Source of the DNA: a virus
Lineage: Duplodnaviria; Heunggongvirae; Uroviricota; Caudoviricetes
DNA length: 64,000 nucleotides
Strand: one strand, 5' to 3'
IMG/VR virus record: IMGVR_UViG_2791355477_000007
Positions within the stretch are counted from its first letter, which is position 1, and each line of letters opens with the position of its first letter. The position numbers and the translations under genes are program-made. Shown here in pieces: positions 1 to 10,552 of the stretch. The notes under the pieces were generated by a model. It was not told the DNA's origin, made no database searches, and was given only the letters and a program-made list of their open reading frames with translations.

Positions 1-448
1 GAAATCCTTCTAATTTCTTTTGATGTTTATCCATTTCTTTTAGCTGATATTTGAAATAAGCTCCTTCTGTTTTTGTTTGAAGTATATTTGCAGGTAATAC
101 TGTATATTGACTACAAAACGAATTATATATATGTAGTTCTGAACTTCCCAAATGCAGAAAGCCAATAACTTCATCCTCTACATACAAATAGATGACCACT
201 TCAAAACTACCATGCATACCAAAACGAAAAACACTATTTGAAGGAATTATATGTTTGTTTAAATAATCCTCAATATCTTTGGTAATAACCATTTTGTTCG
301 AATGACTTAATACTCTCCACAATTTTTCATTCTTTATAAATTCCAAACAATTTTCTATGCTTTTATCTTTTAATAGAAGAGTTGCTTCATTTATCAATGT
401 TCTTGAGCTTTCTACAAGTTCATCAAGTTCTTGTTTTTTACCTAACAT
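1..448 (-). CDS. hypothetical protein (partial, runs off window start)
   Basis: ATG at 448 with GGAGGTG RBS; open frame MLGKKQELDELVESSR... to position 1. Confidence 0.7.
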   Translation of the reverse strand, partial: MLGKKQELDELVESSRTLINEATLLLKDKSIENCLEFIKNEKLWRVLSHSNKMVITKDIEDYLNKHIIPSNSVFRFGMHGSFEVVIYLYVEDEVIGFLHLGSSELHIYNSFCSQYTVLPANILQTKTEGAYFKYQLKEMDKHQKKLEGF

Positions 449-966
449 GTTGTATCACCTCCATTATTTCCTTGCTTCTTATTCTTTTTATTCCAATGAA
501 ATAATTTATATATCCCACTTGCGAGTACAGAGAAGACATTGTAAGTGACTTGATATGGTGTATGAGCATCTAAAAACATAGGATATTCTCCTGCTTTATC
601 AGGGTAATTTTTCTTTACGAATTTTATGTATCCATCCATTCTTAAGTAATGTAATACAAATGTTGTCGTCAATAACTCTTCAAAAAAACCACTTAGCTCA
701 ATGTACAAACCCCTATCAACAATCTGAAATCCTGAACGCCTAAATCTATATGGTCTTTGATACATTTCACGTTTCTCTAACTTCTGTATCTTTGATTTAG
801 GAATAAGAATGACAATATACTCAGATTTTCGAATCACATTCCCTTCCCAATCCATCGCTCCATCATGTCTTTCTCTTATAACCTTTGATACATAGCACTC
901 GTTTTTCCCTTTAATGACAAATTTGTTTTTTCCAAATATAGAGCCCATTTCTGCCGATATCATCAT
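442..966 (-). CDS. hypothetical protein
   Basis: 174 aa ORF, GAGGTGA RBS, overlaps the next gene. Confidence 0.75.
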   Translation of the reverse strand: MMISAEMGSIFGKNKFVIKGKNECYVSKVIRERHDGAMDWEGNVIRKSEYIVILIPKSKIQKLEKREMYQRPYRFRRSGFQIVDRGLYIELSGFFEELLTTTFVLHYLRMDGYIKFVKKNYPDKAGEYPMFLDAHTPYQVTYNVFSVLASGIYKLFHWNKKNKKQGNNGGDTTC

Positions 967-1002
967 TCACTCACCTCAATCAAAATAGTTACCGAACTTC
1001 AT

Positions 1003-1044
1003 TTATCTATAGTTAATATTATTTCATTCATTTACTATAGTCAA
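1003..1044. promoter_or_regulatory. tandem pair of TTGACTATAGTCAA-type palindromes; minus-strand sigma-A promoter
   Basis: TTATCTATAGTTAA (1003) and TTTACTATAGTCAA (1031); minus strand reads TTGACT-N17-TAATAT. Confidence 0.7.
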
Positions 1045-1111
1045 TTATTTTATTTTGTGTATAATAATGATTATGACTTACTATTTTGAAGTAATGGAAA
1101 GGGGAAAGAAA

Positions 1112-1534
1112 ATGGCTTTACAAACAAACGCTGAAGAAACAGATTGGTTACATAGACAAAACAACATCCTTCTCGATATAGAAAGTAACCCCTCTTCTTA
1201 TTCTGATGCACAAATAAAGAATTTTTTTGATATATTTTACAATACGGTTTGCTCTTGGCAACTAAAATATCCAACGCAACATTTAATGATGTTTTGGGCG
1301 ATTGGTGCAGATTATGATGGGTTTATTGCAGGAAATAACCATTCTTTCATTGGTTTGTATCGAGAATTAATGGATATGGTTAAAGATGGTGATATGACAA
1401 AACCAATTAGAGCAGTTTCGAATAACCAATTAATTGAAATCCATGAAGATGGAACCAAAATTGTAGTTGACTCAAACTACGAGGAAAAAGAAAGAAAAAA
1501 CAAAAAAGAAAGGATGATGCAGAATGAAGCGTAA
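1112..1534 (+). CDS. hypothetical protein
   Basis: ORF; start moved to the ATG after GGAAAGGGG. Confidence 0.7.
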   Translation: MALQTNAEETDWLHRQNNILLDIESNPSSYSDAQIKNFFDIFYNTVCSWQLKYPTQHLMMFWAIGADYDGFIAGNNHSFIGLYRELMDMVKDGDMTKPIRAVSNNQLIEIHEDGTKIVVDSNYEEKERKNKKERMMQNEA

Positions 1535-1916
1535 AGATTCGATTAATAGATTAAAAGAAATTAAAAGTGAATTAGAAAAGAAACTATCCCAACTTGATAA
1601 GGATTCTTCCTCATATCAAATGCTTAAAAATAAAATTGGACATTTTTCAGAGGCAATTGATTTGCTAAATGTGTACTTCGATTCAAACGGTGTGTCAACC
1701 GCTACGATGATTCAAACAATACAAGTTGGGCAAATTGCACAGTGTATGAATAGCCCACGCACAAATGAATTAGACTTATGTCCTGCATATAACAATGCTT
1801 ATTGTGTGAAGAAATATGAGGATGGTTCTATTCGATGGTTATTTGGCAAAAAAAGAACACTAAGAATGACACCTTTTGTGGTAGATAATGCTTTGTGGGT
1901 TTTACAAAAACAATAA
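1524..1916 (+). CDS. hypothetical protein
   Basis: 130 aa ORF, AAGGA RBS, overlaps the upstream stop. Confidence 0.7.
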   Translation: MKRKDSINRLKEIKSELEKKLSQLDKDSSSYQMLKNKIGHFSEAIDLLNVYFDSNGVSTATMIQTIQVGQIAQCMNSPRTNELDLCPAYNNAYCVKKYEDGSIRWLFGKKRTLRMTPFVVDNALWVLQKQ

Positions 1917-1940
1917 AGTATCTAATAGGAGGACAAGCAT

Positions 1941-2357
1941 ATGGATTTACAGGTAGAAGATGCTATATTATTTGACGCTATTTTTAGGGAACTAACAAAT
2001 AATCCCTTTGTTAAAAAAAAAGTCATCTTAGAAATTTCTCAACCAATTATTTGGGAGTTGAATTATAAAAATGAAACGTATTTGGTTTATCTTTTACAAG
2101 ACAATTCAAAACAAAGTAGCTTTGGAGTAATAACCATTCGAGAATTATTATTCAGCGAAGTAAATGAGACTACTGTTTCTAAGTTAATGAACTCTGAGAT
2201 ACCCATATCTGATGCTTTCTTTAACTCGAATAATATATGGAGGATTGGGAAAATTGATAGTAAACTATATCCGAGAAAAACATTAAAAAGCTATAAGGAA
2301 ATAAAAGATAGATTCCCAAGGCAGGGAATATCTTTAAAAGATGTACAGAGCATATAA
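1941..2357 (+). CDS. hypothetical protein
   Basis: 138 aa ORF, AGGAGG RBS. Confidence 0.75.
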   Translation: MDLQVEDAILFDAIFRELTNNPFVKKKVILEISQPIIWELNYKNETYLVYLLQDNSKQSSFGVITIRELLFSEVNETTVSKLMNSEIPISDAFFNSNNIWRIGKIDSKLYPRKTLKSYKEIKDRFPRQGISLKDVQSI

Positions 2358-2388
2358 AAAAGATGACTATTTATAAGTCATCTTTTTT
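2357..2388. terminator. bidirectional intrinsic terminator
   Basis: AAAAAGATGACT-loop-AGTCATCTTTTT between convergent genes. Confidence 0.7.
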
Positions 2389-2389
2389 G

Positions 2390-2662
2390 TTATATTCCTT
2401 TCCTTTGTGCTTCGTAAAATCTTTCATAAAAATTATCTGGTGTTACAGGAATGAAGAATCTCTCGTAATATATAGGGGATAGCATATCCAAAGAAAATGA
2501 GTCTAAATTCCCTAACTCATTTCGAACATACATATATTTTTTCGTTACTTTTTCAATCGCATATTCCTTGTCATATTCAAACAAAAGGATTTCCGCATTC
2601 TCTCTCATTCTCATTGTTGTACGAACGTGCGTTATTTCAACGCCCCTGAAGTCTTTCATCAT
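2390..2662 (-). CDS. hypothetical protein
   Basis: 90 aa ORF, GAGGAG RBS. Confidence 0.7.
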   Translation of the reverse strand: MMKDFRGVEITHVRTTMRMRENAEILLFEYDKEYAIEKVTKKYMYVRNELGNLDSFSLDMLSPIYYERFFIPVTPDNFYERFYEAQRKGI

Positions 2663-2666
2663 ACAG

Positions 2667-2918
2667 CTAAATCTCCTCTTTCTTTACCTGCTTATCTTTC
2701 ATATTCTTAAGTTCTAAATCGCTGAAATATCCTCCGCAATCAGGACACCAAGACTTAGGTGGATTAGATGCATATCCATGCTCTAAACGTAGATGACTAC
2801 ATTTATCCTCTCGCTCTTTTCGGATTCTTCCTAACTCTCCATTTCTAAACTCTTTGCCACAATCCAAACATTGAGGGTATCCTTTTGCAAGCGAAATTGC
2901 GTTATGATAACATTCCAT
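2667..2918 (-). CDS. small Cys/His-rich putative zinc-binding protein
   Basis: two CxH...CxDCG units. Confidence 0.65.
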   Translation of the reverse strand: MECYHNAISLAKGYPQCLDCGKEFRNGELGRIRKEREDKCSHLRLEHGYASNPPKSWCPDCGGYFSDLELKNMKDKQVKKEEI

Positions 2919-2942
2919 GAATTCTATCTCTCCCTTTATTAT

Positions 2943-3269
2943 CTATTGTTGTTTTTCTATTAATTCCATTAAGCCCTCTTTCCGTAAGAAGACCTGCATG
3001 TAATCAATCGTATGTAATAGCTTATTAAGCAACTCTACATCTTTTGGTAAATCCATAATCATCCAATCTTCATATAAGGTGCTGTTTGATACCCTACACT
3101 TTTCTATGCATTCCTCATAATACTTTTCAACGTCTTTCTTATTACCTAATTGATGACGAGTAAAGAAGTTTCTATCAAACAGAATGGCAGGTTCTTTCAT
3201 TTCAAACAGAACCTCTCCCCTTTCATCAAACAAATATATACTTCCGTATTTCTCAGCATATTCATACAT
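2943..3269 (-). CDS. hypothetical protein
   Basis: ORF, AAAGGGG RBS. Confidence 0.65.
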   Translation of the reverse strand: MYEYAEKYGSIYLFDERGEVLFEMKEPAILFDRNFFTRHQLGNKKDVEKYYEECIEKCRVSNSTLYEDWMIMDLPKDVELLNKLLHTIDYMQVFLRKEGLMELIEKQQ

Positions 3270-3329
3270 AATTATCAAACCCCTTTCATTTTTTATTCAG
3301 TAATATGTATTAATAAACATACAAATCCA

Positions 3330-3803
3330 TTAAACAGTTTCACTTTTGAACATTTTTTCTGCACATTGTTTTGGAACTACATACCAACCAGTTTTTAAGT
3401 TTTCGAGAGAATCTGTGTCTATCTTTTCCCATTCATCTACATGAGTATTTTTTTCTTTATGCCAGTATTCATAAATCCCTCTTTCACTATTAAATCGGCA
3501 ATACTTGTTTGTTCCCTCCTGAATGCAACAGCAAATATATCCTGCTTCTAATTTTTCTATAGCACCAAAAATGTCCATGTATTCAACATCATAATCTTCT
3601 TCAACTGCGATAAACAATTTGACGGAGTTCCCCCCGATTTTCAACCAGGATTTTAATTCTTCATTGTCTTGAGATTCCTTGTAAACGTTATTCAAAACAT
3701 CCACAGTAGAAGTTACGCTTTGCTTCGCTTCTTGTATTTTAATAGCTACAAAGTAAGGTATTTTTATTTTCTTCATATGACGCTCTCCTTCTATGTAATA
3801 CAT
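3330..3803 (-). CDS. phage-like hypothetical protein (N-terminus resembles DUF1642)
   Basis: KIKIPYFVA..., WLK...KLFIAV..YDVE pattern. Confidence 0.55.
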   Translation of the reverse strand: MYYIEGERHMKKIKIPYFVAIKIQEAKQSVTSTVDVLNNVYKESQDNEELKSWLKIGGNSVKLFIAVEEDYDVEYMDIFGAIEKLEAGYICCCIQEGTNKYCRFNSERGIYEYWHKEKNTHVDEWEKIDTDSLENLKTGWYVVPKQCAEKMFKSETV

Positions 3804-3815
3804 GGAAACTTCTTT

Positions 3816-4166
3816 TTAAGCTCCAATTCTTTGTTTTTTACTTTTAACTTCATAAGCAAGTACTTGAAAAGAAAGAATTTGACTTCCATCTATACAGAAA
3901 TAACGATTCTCATCACAATCTTTTCTTGCATAAGTAATAGATAGTGGCATTTTTTGTTGTACTGCCTCTTTCATCATTTTTCTTATCACTTGCAATGTAT
4001 CATCTATAGTATCTACAGAAAGATAAACATCTTCTATTTGATACGTTATGCCATTCAAACATTCGATGATTATCCAAACATCTACATCATTCTTTTCATT
4101 ATTCGTATTATGTAGAATCACATCATATGTTTTTGTTTCATTCATCATAGGCAGTAATCTCACCAT
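3816..4166 (-). CDS. hypothetical protein
   Basis: 116 aa ORF within the operon. Confidence 0.65.
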   Translation of the reverse strand: MVRLLPMMNETKTYDVILHNTNNEKNDVDVWIIIECLNGITYQIEDVYLSVDTIDDTLQVIRKMMKEAVQQKMPLSITYARKDCDENRYFCIDGSQILSFQVLAYEVKSKKQRIGA

Positions 4167-4551
4167 CTACAGCCCGAGCAATTTCAGATGTAATAGTCAT
4201 ACCTACCCATGCCAGAACACCTAAACAAATTACAGCCATCATCTCTACATGTTCTTCTTCATGCCTAATGTTTTTTTCCTTGTCAAATATTTTGAAATTA
4301 TAGGCAGTTTGTTTTTCATTCACTCCTATTAAAAATTTCACATGTTGTTTCTTCAACTCATCTAAAATCATGAGAGCTTGCTCTTCTTTCTTCAAAGGAT
4401 TAAACTTGTGAACTGCCATGATTTCTCGTCCATCTTTATCTACATATACACGAATAGGATTCCAATTCTCCTCACTGAACGGTCTTTCTATCTCTTTCCA
4501 TCCCATGCATCTTTCTGCTATTACATCTGCTATAAAACTTAAGATATTCAT
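4138..4551 (-). CDS. phage ABA-sandwich-like protein
   Basis: IAERCMGW...FNPL....QA..IL...ICL..L pattern; paralog of 48090..48518. Confidence 0.55.
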   Translation of the reverse strand: MNILSFIADVIAERCMGWKEIERPFSEENWNPIRVYVDKDGREIMAVHKFNPLKKEEQALMILDELKKQHVKFLIGVNEKQTAYNFKIFDKEKNIRHEEEHVEMMAVICLGVLAWVGMTITSEIARAVDGEITAYDE

Positions 4552-5000
4552 TGCTTTTCCACCTCTTTCTCTTTTTCAATGAACCAATTTCCATAAACAA
4601 TATCTTCTAACATTAATTTAAAATCAGATTCATGAATCATAGTGCGATTTAATTCGCCACTACATACGACTTCCATTTCGATAAAATATCTCGACTTTTT
4701 GCGAAAACGCATCTTTTTAAAAACCACATTATTATTTTCATATTTTTTATTCGTAACCACTATCCACTCTTGCATTCCTTTTTTTCTTAAAACAGATACA
4801 AGGTTTTGAAACGGACAAAACTCAATCTTTTCTAATTCCATTTCATTTACACACTTCTTACAAAAATGTCCTGATACTTTAAACCCCATATCTATTACCT
4901 GCACATGCATTTCTGCTACCTCATTACAAAATAAACAGTTCTGTATATCTCTTGTGAATTGCGGTGAAACAATCATTTGTTTTTTACACATAATGCACAT
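4548..5000 (-). CDS. hypothetical Cys-rich protein
   Basis: three CxxC motifs. Confidence 0.65.
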   Translation of the reverse strand: MCIMCKKQMIVSPQFTRDIQNCLFCNEVAEMHVQVIDMGFKVSGHFCKKCVNEMELEKIEFCPFQNLVSVLRKKGMQEWIVVTNKKYENNNVVFKKMRFRKKSRYFIEMEVVCSGELNRTMIHESDFKLMLEDIVYGNWFIEKEKEVEKQ

Positions 5001-5007
5001 CTCCCTC

Positions 5008-5310
5008 TTAGTTAATTTTGTTGAATTTGTATAATAAATCTGGATACTTTTCTTTTAAATACATACGTTTTTCATAATCGTCAATCATAGGCGAAATCAC
5101 CTTATAACAATGAACAAACCCAATAATGAAACCAATACTTAAAATTGATATAAGCATTGTCATCATTACCCAATCCGTTGTGTTTGTATATATTTGTATG
5201 AGGAATATCGTTATAACGGCTCCAAATATGATTGATAATCCGATGCCCTTGTCTTTCATATAGAAGTTAAAAATGAATTTCAACTTGCTTATTCCGCTCA
5301 GTTTAACCAA
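5008..5310 (-). CDS. small membrane protein
   Basis: two hydrophobic segments; GAGGTG RBS. Confidence 0.65.
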   Translation of the reverse strand: MVKLSGISKLKFIFNFYMKDKGIGLSIIFGAVITIFLIQIYTNTTDWVMMTMLISILSIGFIIGFVHCYKVISPMIDDYEKRMYLKEKYPDLLYKFNKIN

Positions 5311-5330
5311 TCAGAAACACCTCTTTTTCA

Positions 5331-5344
5331 TTGACTATAGTATA
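5331..5344. promoter_or_regulatory. palindrome-family site (partial)
   Basis: TTGACTATAGTATA, intergenic. Confidence 0.5.
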
Positions 5345-5455
5345 TGAATAATGATAAACTAAATCCATAAAAAATGAAAGTTCAAATTCGATTAACGGTC
5401 AAAAATAGCGTAATCATAGCTCATTATTTTGAGTGTGTAATGCGTTTATTTAGGA

Positions 5456-5869
5456 GTGAAAAATAGAATGCAAATAAAAATTAGGTTCTTTGATGGATGC
5501 GGTAACTTCCATGATGAAAAAATCACATCTAAAAACATGTATGAATTAGAAACGTCCATTATTTCTATTCAACAGGAATTATCGGTTAAATGGGCATACC
5601 CTGACAATCAAAAAACGATTGTCAGATGGCGTAAAGTGAATGACCCTTCTCAAGAAGAAATTAATTTAAAAGTTGAGATTGATTTGCAGAAAGAAAAAGA
5701 ATTTGTTTCGTTTTTAAATGAGCAAAGTTGGTTCTTTAACAAAATTCAATACACCCAGTCTTTATATTTATGGCGAGTAGATATTGATAATCAAAAAGAT
5801 AAAGAAATGATTCAATCCCTACCCTATGTTATCCGTATCTCTGAAATGGCAAAGATAACAGTAGATTAA
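5456..5869 (+). CDS. hypothetical protein
   Basis: 137 aa ORF. Confidence 0.65.
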   Translation: MKNRMQIKIRFFDGCGNFHDEKITSKNMYELETSIISIQQELSVKWAYPDNQKTIVRWRKVNDPSQEEINLKVEIDLQKEKEFVSFLNEQSWFFNKIQYTQSLYLWRVDIDNQKDKEMIQSLPYVIRISEMAKITVD

Positions 5870-5961
5870 CAAAACGGATGGAACTATAGCGTAAAACGAT
5901 TACGAAATGCGTATAAGAAATAGAGACCAATTTACTAATAAAAAGAAAGAGGTGATAAAAT

Positions 5962-6153
5962 ATGGTCACAGAAAGAACAGTAGCAGTATACAAACAAGAT
6001 GGTAACAACTATATTCGTCAATATTCATTCCCTACTGAAAATCGTCCATTTGTAATTGGAGAAGTCATTCGTGGAGCAGATGGAGGAAATTATGTAATTT
6101 TTGAAATTGATGTTGAAGTGGCCGTTGTTCCTGAAATAAAACATTCCGATTAG
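5962..6153 (+). CDS. hypothetical protein
   Basis: GAGGTGA RBS, followed by a hairpin. Confidence 0.65.
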   Translation: MVTERTVAVYKQDGNNYIRQYSFPTENRPFVIGEVIRGADGGNYVIFEIDVEVAVVPEIKHSD

Positions 6154-6309
6154 AGAGCTCTTATGCTCTCTGTTTTTGTATTCAGTGTAGCTTTTATATC
6201 TTTGTTTGATTATCAATCAATATTAATATAAAGTAATAAACAGTCTATAATAAAAAGAGTTTACATATCTGGTATTTTTTTAAAATATAATTACAAGGAG
6301 TGTTTTATT

Positions 6310-6516
6310 ATGAAAAATTCTTACTCATTATGCTGGATTAATACACCAAAGTGGGGAGATGAGGGAACTTACAAAAAATCTATGCCATTTGATTCTATTG
6401 ATGAAATCATTGAAAATATGAAAAATTGTTACTATAGAGGCGAATGGGTTGAAGATGAAAATGGAAATAAAGTAGATATTGATTTATCGAAGTACACTTT
6501 AAAAGAAGAAGCATAG
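6310..6516 (+). CDS. hypothetical protein
   Basis: AAGGAG RBS. Confidence 0.7.
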   Translation: MKNSYSLCWINTPKWGDEGTYKKSMPFDSIDEIIENMKNCYYRGEWVEDENGNKVDIDLSKYTLKEEA

Positions 6517-6550
6517 GATAAGAGATTTATACAATGAAGGACTGAATAAA

Positions 6551-6979
6551 ATGAAAAAAGAATTGAATGTACCAGTAATTTTACCAGAACATGAGAAAGT
6601 TGTTGTGTGGGTACTGCATAAAATAAACAGAAATGAATTTGCAGAAGGTCAGTTTGCTGTAGACTACATGGACTGTGGAACACCAAACAAACGCAAACTG
6701 CATGATACAGAGTATGTAACGATGTGGGATATATATAATTCTTATACAAGAGAACAGAGAGATAATATTAATCGTGCAATATTAACAGAGATGTATAGGC
6801 TGACAACTGATATAAAAGAAGAGGAAATTGTTACAGATGGTAACCGTGTGGGATTTGCCTTCACATTCGATTACAATTGGAAAAAAAGATGCTTCAAATT
6901 GGCGACTTCCAAAAGTGCTAATTTAGATTGGTGTAGTGATTGTAGAATTGATGAATTTCAGAGAGTTATTCAATTTTAA
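6551..6979 (+). CDS. hypothetical protein
   Basis: 142 aa ORF, AAGGA RBS. Confidence 0.7.
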   Translation: MKKELNVPVILPEHEKVVVWVLHKINRNEFAEGQFAVDYMDCGTPNKRKLHDTEYVTMWDIYNSYTREQRDNINRAILTEMYRLTTDIKEEEIVTDGNRVGFAFTFDYNWKKRCFKLATSKSANLDWCSDCRIDEFQRVIQF

Positions 6980-7048
6980 AGAGTTAATTAAATGAATTTA
7001 AAAAAACATCAAGAGTTTTATTTAAACCATACAAAAGGAATTACTCAT

Positions 7049-8323
7049 TTATAGAGCAATTCCTTTTTCTAATTTCTCAAATTCCCTTTTGTATCGTTTC
7101 CAACGTTTGTCAATAAAAACATGGTCTTCCTTTGATAAAAGGCTTCCTTTACAAAATCTTTTTTCTACAAACCCTGGAACTTCATCATTGAAATGATAAA
7201 AGAAGAATTCACCATGCTCTAACAAATATAGTTTAGGAATTTCATTACCCATTACAAAATATTCTTTGAATACATTTATATCCTGAGGATTTAGACCTGG
7301 CATTAAAATGAAATTTTTAAAATTAGCAATTAAGTAATTCTCATAATCAGAAACATTCATTTTTAGTAATGACAGACTTTGGATATCGGCAATAATTGAA
7401 ACATCCATTGCATAATTAATTGAAAAGAAATCCTCAAAGCCATTCATCCAAGCATTTAAATCTTTAACGTACAAATTATTGTTATTCTTTCCATTATTTC
7501 GTTTGTTACAAATACATGCTTGTTTATATACACCAGATATTAATTGTGGGAGCATTCTCGCAATATCCCTATCTAATGAATACCCTTCCAAATTAAAGAT
7601 AACAACTTCTTTGTTTTTGATGTGTTTAACAAAATCAATTTCCTCAAACTCACCTTTTTCCTTCGTATTAAAAATGTGAGAAACTTTAGCGTTTGATGTT
7701 AAGCGAGACAACATCATTCTCAATCCACTATTATGCTCAAATGCTTTACTTCCTTCTTCAAAATATTTTCCAATATACAATACAGTAAGACTATCAGCAT
7801 CCTCTAATGAGCAATATAAATCAAATAACTCTTTTCCTTTTCTATTTGTATTGTTAACAAAATCACTTAATTCTTGTAATGTAATATGATTATCAAAAAT
7901 TTTGTTTAGAATTTTGATAGATGCTTCTAATATACGTTCATGTGTGTCTAAGAAAAATTTAGGGGTATCTCTCCCTTCCCATTTCACTATTTTTTTCATT
8001 AGATTAATAACGAATTCTTCTTCTCCCCTTAATGGGTTAAATTTCACATTTTTAAGATAGGGACTAAAATAAATCACGTTTCTTCGATTACTTTTTGCTA
8101 ATGTATAAGCAACCTTTGCTACATCCCCTTGGTTATCAAAGACTGTGACACCATGATTCTTTTGTTCTATATCTTGTTTTATCATTGGTATGTGAAACAT
8201 CCCTGATATTCCAGTACCTACACTGCCTACAATCAAGGTGTTAAGTCCTCTACTCGATTCTTTTAAAAAGACTTTCTTTTTCTTCTCCTTATCAGTTCCA
8301 ACAAACAAACTATTATTTTTCAT
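7049..8323 (-). CDS. VirD4/TraD-like coupling-protein paralog, soluble, with degenerate Walker motifs
   Basis: NTLIVGSVGTGIS (Walker A lacking K), VFDNQGD, FNPL, IQSLSLL, IANFKN motifs. Confidence 0.6.
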   Translation of the reverse strand: MKNNSLFVGTDKEKKKKVFLKESSRGLNTLIVGSVGTGISGMFHIPMIKQDIEQKNHGVTVFDNQGDVAKVAYTLAKSNRRNVIYFSPYLKNVKFNPLRGEEEFVINLMKKIVKWEGRDTPKFFLDTHERILEASIKILNKIFDNHITLQELSDFVNNTNRKGKELFDLYCSLEDADSLTVLYIGKYFEEGSKAFEHNSGLRMMLSRLTSNAKVSHIFNTKEKGEFEEIDFVKHIKNKEVVIFNLEGYSLDRDIARMLPQLISGVYKQACICNKRNNGKNNNNLYVKDLNAWMNGFEDFFSINYAMDVSIIADIQSLSLLKMNVSDYENYLIANFKNFILMPGLNPQDINVFKEYFVMGNEIPKLYLLEHGEFFFYHFNDEVPGFVEKRFCKGSLLSKEDHVFIDKRWKRYKREFEKLEKGIAL

Positions 8324-8345
8324 GTTAATTCCCCCTTCTTAATTA

Positions 8346-8359
8346 TTGACTTTAGTTAA
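8346..8359. promoter_or_regulatory. palindrome-family site
   Basis: TTGACTTTAGTTAA just upstream of the VirD4-like gene. Confidence 0.6.
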
Positions 8360-8522
8360 TAATATAAATAGAAGAGGAATGTTATAACTTTTTTCTGCTC
8401 TAACAACCCATGTAGTTGCTCTAATCATAAATAAAATGTCCTGGAATAAACGGTTTTTGCACTGAAACCATTAATTCATAGAAAATAAAAAGAGACCTAC
8501 TCAGGTCTCTTCTAATCTGTTG

Positions 8523-8912
8523 TTAATCATGATAAGCACGTTTCATACGAAAACCTGCAATTTCTTTTTCATATACTGATATATTTGAAATTAAATCTAA
8601 TAATTCTTGTCCAGTAAAAGAGAATTTCGAAGGACATTGGATTACCTTCCCTATTGCAATTTCATATAGTGCTAATGACCGTTCCATATCAGCGATGTCT
8701 TCGGCAACAAGAGGATATACTTCTTTATAACTTTGCAGTCTATTTTCAATCCCTTTTTTCTCCAATAACACATCATCATTGGTCTTAATTTTACTGTGAA
8801 TATTACTTCTTTGATAATAATCAAAATATTTCTCTGCATGTTTGCGAATGCTTTTCTCATATTGATATTTCTCTATAATCTTACTTAACTCTACATTCTC
8901 ATCTTTATTCAT
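8523..8912 (-). CDS. hypothetical protein
   Basis: AGGAGG RBS, 129 aa. Confidence 0.7.
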   Translation of the reverse strand: MNKDENVELSKIIEKYQYEKSIRKHAEKYFDYYQRSNIHSKIKTNDDVLLEKKGIENRLQSYKEVYPLVAEDIADMERSLALYEIAIGKVIQCPSKFSFTGQELLDLISNISVYEKEIAGFRMKRAYHD

Positions 8913-8990
8913 ATAGACCTCCTGAATTGTTAAATTTTACATTATTATATCATAATCAACAGAAAGAGCATTGTTTGTTTATTAACTTCT

Positions 8991-9242
8991 TCAATTAAGT
9001 ACGCATTCATAATCTGAAGATTTACCTATACAGTTTAAAGTACACTCCTTGCCAGAACCAACCAGTAAGTTTGTAGGAAACGGAAGAAATTGATTTATAT
9101 ATACACCTGTTTTATCTCGTATAATTATTTTGTTTTGTTGGCTCACAAAAATAGGTACATGCAATTTACTACTAATCGGAAAAAATTCCTCTCCAATTTC
9201 TTTTAATCTGTTTTTATTTTTGCTTGTTGTCATATTCAGCAC
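8991..9242 (-). CDS. hypothetical protein (possible gene remnant)
   Basis: 83 aa ORF, GAGGTG RBS. Confidence 0.4.
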   Translation of the reverse strand: MLNMTTSKNKNRLKEIGEEFFPISSKLHVPIFVSQQNKIIIRDKTGVYINQFLPFPTNLLVGSGKECTLNCIGKSSDYECVLN

Positions 9243-9295
9243 CTCTTAAACGTTTTATAAACTACCTTAAATAAAACTTCTTTCTGAAGTTATCT

Positions 9296-9898
9296 TCACA
9301 ACATGGTTTCATCCATTTTTTTATTAACCACATTTAATACATGTTGATTAGGAGAATATCTATTGTTGTCCATAATCCTTTTTGCCAAATCCGTATCCCC
9401 TAAATATCTTGCTACTCCAATTGCAATTGCAGGACTTCGACTCACTCCCGCTCCACAATGAATAACAAAAGAATCTGCTTTCTTATGGTTCTCAATAAAT
9501 GAAAATAGCTGAAATGCTTGTAAGTCCGTAAAAATAGGATACTTTTCTAATCCTCTATTTCTCCATTCATCTTCTGTTACTCGTAAATCATAGAAATATA
9601 GTTCTAATATTCCTTTGTATTGCTTCTGATTATCCAGTGGAGGTAAATCCCCATCTTTATCTGCAATGCGAATTAGAACAGGGTATTCCCATTCTGATTG
9701 ATGTTTTACCGCTTCATCTTCTGATAAAATTAGACACTTATCTTCTTCTAATTTCTTTAATTCAGGGAATATCTCTTTTACATCCACTTCTTTACCATTA
9801 CAGTAAATACCAGGCGTATCCGAATTCAACTTAACTGTAAGACCTAATTGTTCAGCTAATGCAATTGCTTTTTCTTTATCAAATGCAAACTCTTTCAT
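9296..9898 (-). CDS. protein-tyrosine/dual-specificity phosphatase
   Basis: P-loop HCGAGVSRS. Confidence 0.85.
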   Translation of the reverse strand: MKEFAFDKEKAIALAEQLGLTVKLNSDTPGIYCNGKEVDVKEIFPELKKLEEDKCLILSEDEAVKHQSEWEYPVLIRIADKDGDLPPLDNQKQYKGILELYFYDLRVTEDEWRNRGLEKYPIFTDLQAFQLFSFIENHKKADSFVIHCGAGVSRSPAIAIGVARYLGDTDLAKRIMDNNRYSPNQHVLNVVNKKMDETML

Positions 9899-9901
9899 CC
9901 C

Positions 9902-10237
9902 TCACGCCCCCTTTTTGACAAACTGATAAGAATCCGATTTTTCTAAAGCATCCTCTATTTCTTCATGTTCAAATCCACATAAATCACAATCATAGGGAAA
10001 TGAAATCTTTGATTTTTCACCTTCTACATACGAGTCCATTACTCGATAACATTCATAGCATAAAATATCATTCTTCTGAACTAATAATCCCTCAGATACA
10101 AGCTCCTCACATACTTCAGTGGCTTCTTGCGTGGATAGATTGAATCTTTTCACCAATATCGTATAGCAAAAAGATTTTACTAATCCTTTTGATAGCTTCT
10201 TAATATACTCTTTTGCTTTTGTCTGATTTTCATTCAT
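9902..10237 (-). CDS. hypothetical protein, winged-helix-like plus zinc ribbon
   Basis: EELVSEGLL, CYEC...CDLCG. Confidence 0.6.
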   Translation of the reverse strand: MNENQTKAKEYIKKLSKGLVKSFCYTILVKRFNLSTQEATEVCEELVSEGLLVQKNDILCYECYRVMDSYVEGEKSKISFPYDCDLCGFEHEEIEDALEKSDSYQFVKKGA

Positions 10238-10304
10238 AATGAATACCTCTCCATTCTATCTACTTATTTTAGTGATTTATTTTTTACTATTACACATAAA
10301 ATTA

Positions 10305-10333
10305 TTGACTATAGTTTTTAATGATTATATCAT
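10305..10333 (+). promoter_or_regulatory. palindrome-family site / sigma-A promoter
   Basis: TTGACTATAGTTTT; TTGACT-N17-TATCAT. Confidence 0.6.
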
Positions 10334-10552
10334 AAATATAAAGTGACAAACAGAACTATCGTTGATAATCACCTTAGATTTTACAGATAGATACAAGGAG
10401 ATAACATGTACGGAAAATATGTAAATATTATTTTTAAAAATGAGAAATATAAAGTTTTTGTTCCTTGCAACCCAGATACACCAGAAAAAGTTTTGGAGGT
10501 ATTTGCACTAAGGATACTACTTAGTTAATTAGTAAAGAAAAGAGTGATAAAC

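Noticed and set aside
3330-6979. Small ORFs as known anti-CRISPR or anti-defence proteins (e.g. Tad2-like)
   Set aside because: Only vague resemblance; it cannot be supported without a profile search.
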